Source of the DNA: an uncultured Clostridium sp.
Lineage (GTDB): Bacteria; Bacillota; Clostridia; TANB77; CAG-508
DNA: 38,577 nt
Direction: 5' to 3'
Assembly (NCBI GenBank): GCA_947647115.1
Contig: CANSJB010000002.1
Coordinates: forward strand, 1 to 38,577
Shown: one piece after another, positions 19,121 to 27,439 of the stretch
How the letters are laid out: each line of letters begins with the position of its first letter
Numbering within the stretch: the first letter of the stretch is position 1
Notes under the pieces: model-generated
Databases searched by the model: none
Told to the model about the DNA's origin: nothing
The model's input: the letters and a program-made list of their open reading frames with translations, nothing else
Position numbers and translations under genes: made by a program

Positions 19121-20077
19121 TTATTCTCCTATTATTTTTATTTCTAGTTCTATTTGCTTTTCACATTTTTCTAATACCATCTTTTGTACTTGCTTTATTA
19201 ATTCTATCACATCTTTGGCTGTAGCACCTCCTGTATTTACAATAAAGCCTGCATGTTTAGTAGATACTTGCGCTCCTCCTATTTGATAACCTTTTAAACC
19301 ACATTCATCAATTAGTTTTGCTGTAATAAAGTCTTTTCCTCTTTTAAAACTACTGCCTGCACTTGGCATTTGGTAAGGTTGCTTTTCCATTCTTGCTATT
19401 TTATTTTCTTCCATCTTTTGTTTAATTTGGTCTTTGTTTCCATAAGGTAATTCTAATACGACTTTTGTAATAATAAAATGATTATTTTGAAACATACTTG
19501 TTCTATAGTCAAATTTACATGCTTCATTACTGATAGTATATTGTGTTGTATTTTCGTCCATATAAGTAACTTCTTTTACAATATCTTGCATTTGGCTACC
19601 ATAAGCACCTGCATTCATATATATTGCTCCACCAATAGTACCTGGAATACCTGCTGCAAATTCAAAACCTGCTATTTCTTCTTTTAATAGCATTTGGGCT
19701 AATATCGCATTTTTTACACCTGCCCCCAATATTACTTTAGCATTCTGCTCTTGCTTTTCTATTTGTATTTGTTCTATTCCAATTTGAGCAACAATTCCCC
19801 TAATACCATTATCTTTTACTAATAAATTAGTACCATTGCCGATAAAGGTAGTTGATATATGATGTTGTTTTGCCACTTGCATAATATATTTTAAGGCTTG
19901 CTCTTCTTTAATTACAATAAATATATCTGCATTTCCTCCTATTTTAAGTGAAGTATGCTTACACATTGGTTCGTCTTTTTTTATCTGTTGATTCCCCAGT
20001 TCTTTTGTAAGTAATCTATATACTTGTTCTTTATCCAAAAGGCTTCTTCCTTTCTGCTTTTCTTCTAGTTTATTCAA
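19121..20077 (-). CDS. murB: UDP-N-acetylenolpyruvoylglucosamine reductase
   Basis: ..HTSLKIGGNADIF..IGNGTNLLV..SAGSSFKRG.. The longest ORF starts at a TTG (20077). An alternative TTG at 20038 has a better RBS (aaaggaag). Confidence 0.85.
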   Translation of the reverse strand: MNKLEEKQKGRSLLDKEQVYRLLTKELGNQQIKKDEPMCKHTSLKIGGNADIFIVIKEEQALKYIMQVAKQHHISTTFIGNGTNLLVKDNGIRGIVAQIGIEQIQIEKQEQNAKVILGAGVKNAILAQMLLKEEIAGFEFAAGIPGTIGGAIYMNAGAYGSQMQDIVKEVTYMDENTTQYTISNEACKFDYRTSMFQNNHFIITKVVLELPYGNKDQIKQKMEENKIARMEKQPYQMPSAGSSFKRGKDFITAKLIDECGLKGYQIGGAQVSTKHAGFIVNTGGATAKDVIELIKQVQKMVLEKCEKQIELEIKIIGE

Positions 20078-20254
20078 AAAATTTGCTTTTTTGTTATTTT
20101 ATTATTACTTATTTCTAAATTTTATCATTTTTAACTATATATTACAAGTTTTTGAAAGAAAAAAATAAAGAGAAAAGTCTGCTATTTCACAAACTCTTCT
20201 CTTAAACTAGTAAATTCTACCTTATCTAAAATTTACTTTTCTATTTAATTTTTA

Positions 20255-23200
20255 TTAGTCAATACCTTCAATACTTACTTCTCCTAATGTTTTTTCTCCA
20301 AATTCAATGGTAACATCATAAGAATTTTCTGTAGTTGTTATGGTAGCTCCTTCTATTTCTTCAATACCAAAGCTATTTATAAATGTTCTGATATCTTGAA
20401 TTTCTTTTTCAGTTGTAACACCAAAGTCTGCTTTAATTGCGTTATCTTCTTCTACAGTGTTTCCATATATTTTTAATAGTTGTTTGTTCATTGTTTTTGG
20501 TGCTTTAATCTTAGCTTTTGCTTTTACTGTTTTTGCTGCTCCAGCATCTTCTGAAACAGTTATTTTTACATTATTATTTGCTTGTGCAAAACCTGATACA
20601 TCAACATCTGTATCTGTTACAACTACATCTAATGTAACATTTGAAACACCTACATTATTTTCTTTTACGGTTATTTTTCCTTTATTTGATGTAATTTTTA
20701 TAATTCCTGCATAAGTTGTTTCATTATCCCCTTTAAAAGAAATCTCTACTTCATCACCATTTTTGTCTGTATGATTTGCATCTGTTAAGTTTTCAAATTC
20801 TAACTCATTTGTTACATTATTGGCTGTGATTTCTAATTTTTTTCCTTGTGCTGCAATTTCAACATCTTGTTTTGATGTTACTTTAACACCATTTATAGTA
20901 ACTGTTGAGCCTTTTGATACGGTATATTTTATATCACCTTTCACATCAACACCATTATTTAAAGTAACTTTTTGAGCATTTAGACCTGCAACTGTGAAGA
21001 TAGCACCATTTCCGCTTAAAACTACTTGTGCTGGTTTTCCACTTTCGCTGGTTGTAATAGTTTTTCCAAAGCCATTTCCTGTTATTTCAAGTTTCATTCC
21101 TTTTGCTAGTTCTCCTAATGCTAATGCTGTACTATTGGTTTGTTCTGATTTTAACTCTAGTTTTACAGTTTGTTGTTCCAATGTCATAATATCTTTTGCT
21201 TGTAATACATTTACTATTTGAGCTACTTTTTTAAGTAGTTCTGGATATTTTGAACTTGCTGAAACATCATATGCTTTACCTTCTATAACTAATTTTGATT
21301 CTGGGGCATTATAGAAGATTGTTTTTTCTTTTGCTTCATTTGCATTTTTTACTACTGTTACTTCTCTAACTTCTGGCATTTTTGCTTTTGTTTCAATTCC
21401 TGTAAGAACAATTGATTGTCCTTCTACTGCATCAACTTCTGCAATAATTTGGAATGCATATCTTACTCCTTCTGCTTGTTTAGTTTCTAAGCCATCAATT
21501 ACTATTTTTTTGTCATTTACTGTAACATTTTCTCTTAATGTTGGTGCTTCATAAGCAGCATCTGTAAGCATATCTGCTATATTTTCTTTAGCTTTATATA
21601 CTTTTACACTATAGGTAGCTTTTTTATTGTTAACTGTTATATAGTTTGCTAACTGTAATGTTATACTATTATCTGTTGTCTCAGCTGCAACTACAGTTGG
21701 CGCTTCTATTGCAAAAAATCTTGTGGATTGACTTTGTGCTGAATCAACTACTTTTAATTGGTTTTCTTTAGCACATACTGTAACTTCTGCTTTATAAATA
21801 GTATCCATTGTAAGTGCATTTGCACCTTCTAATTTTAATTCTTTGCTATTGACACCTGTTATTGTTTTAATATTATTGGTATCTTCTTCCCCATTAGCTT
21901 TATAAGGTATTAGTTTTACAGTATAGTCTTTAACATTTTCTATTGCATTAGAATCTGTCCATGTTAATATTCTACTTCCATTTACTTTTGTAGTAAATTG
22001 TACATTTTGAACTGCCATTAAATTTTCAACTTTGATAGCTGCAGATTCTTTTATATCTGAATCTTGTGAAGTAGCTCCAGCTTTTACATATACTTTTATT
22101 GTATATAATCCTGCTTTGTTATTTTTTATTTCAGTTGCAAAGTCTACTTTTGTAACACTGCTAACTTCTTTTTTGGCAACTGCTATTCCATTTTTATATA
22201 ATGTAGCTGCAAATGTTTTTCCTGTAGCTACTTGGCCATCTTGTAGTGTCCATGAAAATTCTGCTGTTGCTTCTTCTAAAGTTGGAACCTTAATTTCTGC
22301 TACAGGTTTTTCTACTGAAGTATTTTCATCATTTGCAATATTAGCTACTATTGGCTTGTCTGTTTTACTTCCATAAGAATTTTCTAGCTTATAGCTTATA
22401 ATATATTCGCTTCCTGATTCTAAATTATTAGCAATTTCAAAGTTTTCTAATTTGTTATTATGAATTGTTATAACTTTTGTATTTTCATCTTCTAATGTTG
22501 GTACAGGGTCAGAAGCTTTTGCTACTTGGTAATACATTTTTACAATATCACTTTCTCCAAGTTTTTCCAAAGACATAGTAGCAGTATATTCACCTGTACG
22601 TCTTGTTCTAACATTGGTAGCTTGTGGTATTTGTGTATTAATTTGAATGATACTTTCCCCTACTATTGTATCTTTTTTGTTTACTTTTTCAATTAACTGT
22701 ATTGCTACTTTTCCTTTTAGATTTTTAAGTACTACATCTTCAAAATTTAAAAGTTCTGTTTCTATTTCAGTCATTTTTGGTTTTATTGTTACTTCTTGAT
22801 TTTCTCTTTCTAATGTTGACCCATCAGCTTTTTTAATTGTTGTTGTTATATCATTTCCATTTTCATCTAATACTTTTATTTTTAATTTTTTCTCTTGGCT
22901 TACTGGTGTTTTAATTCCTACAAAGAATTTTGTTTTTGTAATGTTATTTGTAGTAATATAACCATTATCATTAGCTGTTATTGTATAATTATAATTTACA
23001 GATGGTTGTTCGTTTTCTTCTTTTAAAGTAATTTCAAATTTTCCATCCTTTACAATATAATCAACTAATGTTGAAACATCATTTACATTTAATTCTTTGT
23101 TATTATTAATATTTTCAGCAACATTGGCAGCTTGTTTTTGAACATCGCTAAATCTATTTAAATCTTTTTTTACTATAACATCTACTAATTCTGAAACATC

Positions 23201-23524
23201 ATTTACATCAATATAGCTATCTTGATTAACATCACCATAAACTACTATATGATGTGTTTCATTATTTTTGGTAAATGTATCACCTGTTTTTACATTTCCA
23301 GATATATTTAATGTAATTGTTCCATGGTCATCTCTTATATTTTGTTGTGTTAAACTATCTGTTGCTTTAGCTAATATATAAGGTGCTATTGTTTTTCCTT
23401 CTACTAATTTTCTATAAACACCTAAAGATTTTGGTGTTGCTGCTGATACATTAGCTGTTAGTCCAGTTGCTGTTATAATTCCAGCAGCTACTAATGATGA
23501 TAAAATTTTTAAATTTTTATTCAC
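20255..23524 (-). CDS. large secreted surface protein with N-proximal dockerin-like module and multiple Ig/FN3-like repeats
   Basis: 1089 aa. Signal peptide MNKNLKILSSLVAAGIITATGLTANVSA. Dockerin-like loops YGDVNQDSYIDVNDVSELVDVIV and ELNVNDVSTLVDYIV. The rest is long and beta-rich, with no C-terminal anchor. Confidence 0.65.
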   Translation of the reverse strand: MNKNLKILSSLVAAGIITATGLTANVSAATPKSLGVYRKLVEGKTIAPYILAKATDSLTQQNIRDDHGTITLNISGNVKTGDTFTKNNETHHIVVYGDVNQDSYIDVNDVSELVDVIVKKDLNRFSDVQKQAANVAENINNNKELNVNDVSTLVDYIVKDGKFEITLKEENEQPSVNYNYTITANDNGYITTNNITKTKFFVGIKTPVSQEKKLKIKVLDENGNDITTTIKKADGSTLERENQEVTIKPKMTEIETELLNFEDVVLKNLKGKVAIQLIEKVNKKDTIVGESIIQINTQIPQATNVRTRRTGEYTATMSLEKLGESDIVKMYYQVAKASDPVPTLEDENTKVITIHNNKLENFEIANNLESGSEYIISYKLENSYGSKTDKPIVANIANDENTSVEKPVAEIKVPTLEEATAEFSWTLQDGQVATGKTFAATLYKNGIAVAKKEVSSVTKVDFATEIKNNKAGLYTIKVYVKAGATSQDSDIKESAAIKVENLMAVQNVQFTTKVNGSRILTWTDSNAIENVKDYTVKLIPYKANGEEDTNNIKTITGVNSKELKLEGANALTMDTIYKAEVTVCAKENQLKVVDSAQSQSTRFFAIEAPTVVAAETTDNSITLQLANYITVNNKKATYSVKVYKAKENIADMLTDAAYEAPTLRENVTVNDKKIVIDGLETKQAEGVRYAFQIIAEVDAVEGQSIVLTGIETKAKMPEVREVTVVKNANEAKEKTIFYNAPESKLVIEGKAYDVSASSKYPELLKKVAQIVNVLQAKDIMTLEQQTVKLELKSEQTNSTALALGELAKGMKLEITGNGFGKTITTSESGKPAQVVLSGNGAIFTVAGLNAQKVTLNNGVDVKGDIKYTVSKGSTVTINGVKVTSKQDVEIAAQGKKLEITANNVTNELEFENLTDANHTDKNGDEVEISFKGDNETTYAGIIKITSNKGKITVKENNVGVSNVTLDVVVTDTDVDVSGFAQANNNVKITVSEDAGAAKTVKAKAKIKAPKTMNKQLLKIYGNTVEEDNAIKADFGVTTEKEIQDIRTFINSFGIEEIEGATITTTENSYDVTIEFGEKTLGEVSIEGID

Positions 23525-23562
23525 TTTTTATTCCCCCTAAAAGTTTTGAACTATTCTATTTT

Positions 23563-24183
23563 TTATTTATTTTTTCTAATTGCAAATATAACTCCAGCTG
23601 CTATTACGATTACGGCAACTGCTACTATATATGTAGGTGTTCCTGTTTGTGGTAATTTAGATGGTTTTTGTGTTTGTGTTGGTTTTTCTGTTTCTTCTGG
23701 TTTTTGTGTATCTTCTGGTTTTTCTGTATTTCCTGGTTGTTCTGGCTCTTGGTCTGCACGAATTTCAAAATTTACAGTTCCAACATTTTCAACTCTTTCA
23801 CTACCACTTATAAAGTTTGTAATTACAATTGATGAAGCATCTGCTGCTTTTTTTGCTTTGAATGTTACAGTGATTCCTTCTGCTGATTTATCACTTGCTC
23901 CATATGCCATTACTGTAGCTGTACCATTTTGGTTTGCACCTGCTTTATCTTCCCCTATTGTTAAACTTCCTGCTTGTGCTTGTATATATTCAAATTTATC
24001 ATTATCAAATTTTATATCAAATTGAATAGAGTTATTTGCTTTCGTTGGTTTTACAGTAATTGTTACTGTTTCTCCTTCTTTTACTTGTGTAGTACTTTGT
24101 GTTACACTTGCTGCATTTACTGTGCTAACTGCTGCTAATAGCATAACAGCTACTAAAATTATTACTAATATTGTTTTTTTCAT
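23563..24183 (-). CDS. LPXTG-anchored cell-wall protein with cohesin-like domain
   Basis: Signal peptide, a cohesin-like module (VKEGETVTITVKP..FDIKFDNDKFEYIQAQAGS..ITVTFKAKK), an E/K/P/T/Q linker, then LPQTG, a TM helix and the tail RKNK. Confidence 0.7.
   Translation of the reverse strand: MKKTILVIILVAVMLLAAVSTVNAASVTQSTTQVKEGETVTITVKPTKANNSIQFDIKFDNDKFEYIQAQAGSLTIGEDKAGANQNGTATVMAYGASDKSAEGITVTFKAKKAADASSIVITNFISGSERVENVGTVNFEIRADQEPEQPGNTEKPEDTQKPEETEKPTQTQKPSKLPQTGTPTYIVAVAVIVIAAGVIFAIRKNK
23656..23757 (-). repeat. coding low-complexity linker repeat (EKPEDTQKPEETEKPTQTQKP)
   Basis: Reiterated ttctggttttt[c/g]tgt units on the + strand encode the (E/T/Q)KP linker just upstream of LPQTG. 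Confidence 0.5.
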
Positions 24184-24242
24184 AATTAAATTACCTCTTT
24201 CTTATTTTATATTTTTTCTGTGGTACATCTATTAATATACCT

Positions 24243-24918
24243 CTAAACCTCGCGTGCTTTGCACACAACTCTTCTTGCTCCTCCTGGAACACATGTTACA
24301 ATAGTGACTTCTCTTTTTGCATCACTACTTCCGTCTAAAACGTCAACGTCATATGGGCCACATGTAAACACATCAAATATTTCATAATTAACTTTTGTTT
24401 TTGTTTTACTATTAATCATATATAATGTATCTCCGTTTTTTTAAGGTATATAATTTTTCAAATTGATACCCTCTGTGACCAGCAATACAGAAATTTCCTG
24501 GCGAATTTACTTCTTCAGGACCATAAAATCTTACAATGGATTCTTCTAGAGCTCTATTCATATCTTTTTCTGAATTGTCATTTTTTAGTTTTAGAATATC
24601 ACTACTAACTTTTATTTTGTCAATTACTAATCTTCCTAAGACTTTATATTCACCAATTTTTTCTGGTATTGTGACATCTGAAACAATTTCATTTTTCTTT
24701 TCTTCTGCCACATTTTGTTGTTTTTGCTCATTATTTTGGCTTATATGGCTTGTTTTCAAATCAGAATTTTCTATATTGGAATCTATACCAATGGATGAAT
24801 TACTAACCACTAGATAAATAGTAGCAAAAATAATAATGCAAACTAGCATACCTGTTATAATTTTGTTTCTACTTTTTGATTGTTTTTTGGCTCTTTTGCC
24901 TTTAGAATAAACTGCCAT
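24243..24918 (-). CDS. sortase; needs one +1 event at in-frame CGG
   Basis: ORF 24412-24918 holds the N-terminal TM anchor and ..NFCIAGHRGYQFEKLYTLKK. It stops 7 codons after the CGG. The +1 frame continues G-DTLYMINSKTKTKVNYEIFDVFTCGPYDVDVLDGSSDAKREVTIVTCVPGGARRVVCKAREV to a TAG at 24245-24243. That supplies the catalytic TLxTC-type Cys (TIVTC) and a downstream Arg. The restored protein is 224 aa. Confidence 0.8.
24432..24435 (-). other. recoding site: in-frame CGG, reading resumes +1 at GGA (Gly); quadruplet CGGA
   Basis: mRNA sense tta aaa aaa cgg aga tac in the 0 frame versus aaa(c)gga gat aca tta tat atg in the +1 frame. Confidence 0.8.
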
Positions 24919-25311
24919 TTTCTTTCTATAAAAAGCTCCCCTCCCTTCATTGTCTTGTTTTGGTTAGATTATTTTTGTTTTTAACCTGTTTCAGATTATC
25001 TTGAATTATTTTAATCTATTTCAGGTTAAATGTCAATAACCTAAAACAGAAAATTTTAAAATAATTTCAATAAAGTTTTTATTTTCTTATAAAGTACTCT
25101 AAAATTTTTTCATTTGTAAAAATAAATAATTTTCTTTTTTTTACAAATACTACAAAAAACATTCAAATTCATTTGTTACAAAATTATTCAATGTTACTTT
25201 TTAAGGTTTATAGGTAATTGCCTTAATAATCTCCCCGAGCAATAATTGTTTACTTTAAACTAACATCAAATTTAAAAACCTAAATACACAAATTGATGAG
25301 GATAGGAAATT

Positions 25312-25551
25312 ATGTATAGAAGATTAAAAGAATTACGAGAAGATAGAGATTTAAACCAAACCCAAGTTGCCAAATATTTAAACATGTCACAAACTGGTTA
25401 TTCCAAATATGAAACTGGTGAAAATGATATTCCTACTAAGATTTTAATTGAACTTGCTAATTTTTATAATACTACTGTAGATTACTTATTAGAGCTAACA
25501 GATGATATCGAACCATACAGAAGAAGTAAAAAGGCTTCTTCTAAAAAATAA
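25312..25551 (+). CDS. XRE-family helix-turn-helix transcriptional regulator
   Basis: 79 aa: MYRRLKELREDRDLNQTQVAKYLNMSQTGYSKYETGENDIP. Confidence 0.8.
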   Translation: MYRRLKELREDRDLNQTQVAKYLNMSQTGYSKYETGENDIPTKILIELANFYNTTVDYLLELTDDIEPYRRSKKASSKK

Positions 25552-25674
25552 ATTTATATAAATGAAATTAGTATGATATTTTTATTTTCCATAAATTATT
25601 CATTTTTAATACTTACAGAATTTATTTGGTATAAATTAAACCCTACTGAAATATTATAAAAAAGGTGAATTATT

Positions 25675-26728
25675 TTGTGGATTACATGTATTAAATTTTC
25701 AAAAATATTAATTTTTTTAGCTATTATGATTACTATTTTATTTTGTACCACTGCTTATTATTTTTTGTTTTATAATGGTCAAACACCCTCTAATTCCAAT
25801 GCTGTTTCTGCAGAAGTTTTAGAGCCGCCGCCAGAAGAAAAAACTTATATTAAATGGTTTGAATTTAAACCAAGCTATGATGTTTTAAATAAAACAATGC
25901 AATTAGATATTACTTCTCACAATAAAAATGAGCCTATCAAATATAATTGGATAGAGCTTATTTCTTATCTTGCTTGTAAATATGGAAATGATTTTAAAAA
26001 GTTTAAGCAAACAGATTTAGACAAATTAGTAGTTAGATTAAAAAATGGTGAACTTATGGAAGAGATTACTAAGGATATGAAATTATATTCTTATTATTAT
26101 GAAGGATATAGCAGTGTACTTTCTCAATTTGTTGGTGAATACGAACTAAATTCTAATAAAATTTATGGTTTAAAGGCTTTTCACCCTCTTGCTCAAAATT
26201 ATAACTATTCACATTATGATGATTTTGGCAATAGCAGGTCTTATGGTTATAAAAGGCTACATTTAGGAAATGATTTAATGGGAAGTATTGGAACACCTGT
26301 TATTGCAGTTGAGTCTGGTATTATAGAGGCTGCTCGGATGGAATCAATATGGTGGATGGAGAATTGGTATTCGTAGTTTTGATAAAAAACGCTATTACTA
26401 TTATGCTCATTTGCGAAAAGGGCATCCTTATGCAGAAGATATTTATGAAGGTAAAGTTGTGCAGGCAGGTGACGTAATTGGTTATTTAGGTATGACTGGC
26501 TATAGTAGTAAAGAAGATGTAAATAATATCAATATTCCTCACCTTCATTTTGGTTTACAGCTTATTTTTGATGAAGTGCAAAAAGAAGGTCCTAATCAAA
26601 TTTGGATAGATGTATATCATTTAATTGATTTATTAAAAAGACATAGAAGCAGTGTTGTTATGAATAATACAAAAACAAAAGATTATGTGCGTAAAGATAC
26701 CATGTTTGACCCGATTGTGCCAGATTAA
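25675..26728 (+). CDS. M23 family metallopeptidase (membrane-anchored); needs one +1 event at in-frame CGG
   Basis: TTG start with RBS aaaaaggtga and an N-terminal TM helix. The HxxxD motif (HLGNDL) lies before the joint. The +1 frame reads GIIEAA-G-WNQYGGWRIGIRSFDKKRYYYYAHL.. and carries the HxH motif (PHLHFG). It joins ORFs 25675-26376 and 26411-26728 into 350 aa. Confidence 0.8.
26335..26338 (+). other. recoding site: in-frame CGG, reading resumes +1 at GGA (Gly); quadruplet CGGA
   Basis: gct gct cgg atg gaa in the 0 frame versus gct(c)gga tgg aat caa tat ggt gga tgg in the +1 frame. Confidence 0.8.
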
Positions 26729-26757
26729 TTTGCATATTATCAATTTTCCAAAATAAT

Positions 26758-26791
26758 AAACAGAGTGTTTGTTTTATGAAACACTCTGTTT
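26758..26791. terminator. bidirectional terminator hairpin overlapping the 3' end of the transglycosylase gene
   Basis: 13-bp perfect stem aaacagagtgttt (26758-26770) / aaacactctgttt (26779-26791) with an 8-nt loop. Confidence 0.65.
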
Positions 26792-27355
26792 GTTATAAAG
26801 TTGTTGATATATTTGATAATCATTTAAAATTTTTCTAACATACATATTCGTTTCCTTATATGGGATATTTTCAAGGTTAGAAGCATCTTGGCTAATAATG
26901 TTTTGCTCCAACCATTGGTCTACTCTTCCCATTCCAGCATTGTAAGCAGCTAATGCTAGTCCAATTTGGTTATACTTTTTAAGTAAGGTAGAAAAATAGC
27001 AAGTTCCAAGCTCAATATTGGTTTGTGGGTTATATATCTGCTGAGTCTGTAGCTCTTCTACTTGTATTTGTTTTGCTACTTCTACGGCTGTATTTTCCAT
27101 TAATTGCATTAGTCCCATAGCACCACTTTTGGACTTTGCTTTTGGCTCAAAGTCGCTTTCTGCTTTTATAATAGCATAAACTAACAATGGGTCTATTTCA
27201 TATTGTTTTGCATACTCTTCTACAAAGTCTGCATATTTAATTGGATATATTTTTTGCATAATGATTGTTTTTAGGTCAAATACTTGAAAAGCAATGACAT
27301 AAAACATTCCTATCAATAATAAAATAATTATCATCGTTTTTACTAACTTTAACAA
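26774..27355 (-). CDS. lytic transglycosylase (SLT domain), membrane-anchored
   Basis: N-terminal TM helix. ..AIIKAESDFEPKAKSKSGAMGLMQL.. (catalytic Glu-Ser context) and ..AYNAG.. Confidence 0.85.
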   Translation of the reverse strand: MLKLVKTMIIILLLIGMFYVIAFQVFDLKTIIMQKIYPIKYADFVEEYAKQYEIDPLLVYAIIKAESDFEPKAKSKSGAMGLMQLMENTAVEVAKQIQVEELQTQQIYNPQTNIELGTCYFSTLLKKYNQIGLALAAYNAGMGRVDQWLEQNIISQDASNLENIPYKETNMYVRKILNDYQIYQQLYNKQSVS

Positions 27356-27439
27356 ATGAAATTCCTCTCTTTTTATTTATTTTTCTTTTGCACCTTATGG
27401 TTATATACTATTTTTTTCTATTTGACAAGTACTTTTTAT

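Noticed and set aside
24919-25311. Short repeats in the sortase/XRE intergenic region: ttaacctg (24981-24988) / caggttaa (25022-25029), and two copies of ctNtttcagNtta
   Set aside because: They are only 8-13 bp in extremely AT-rich DNA, which is too short to separate from chance. They may be an operator, but I cannot support a call.
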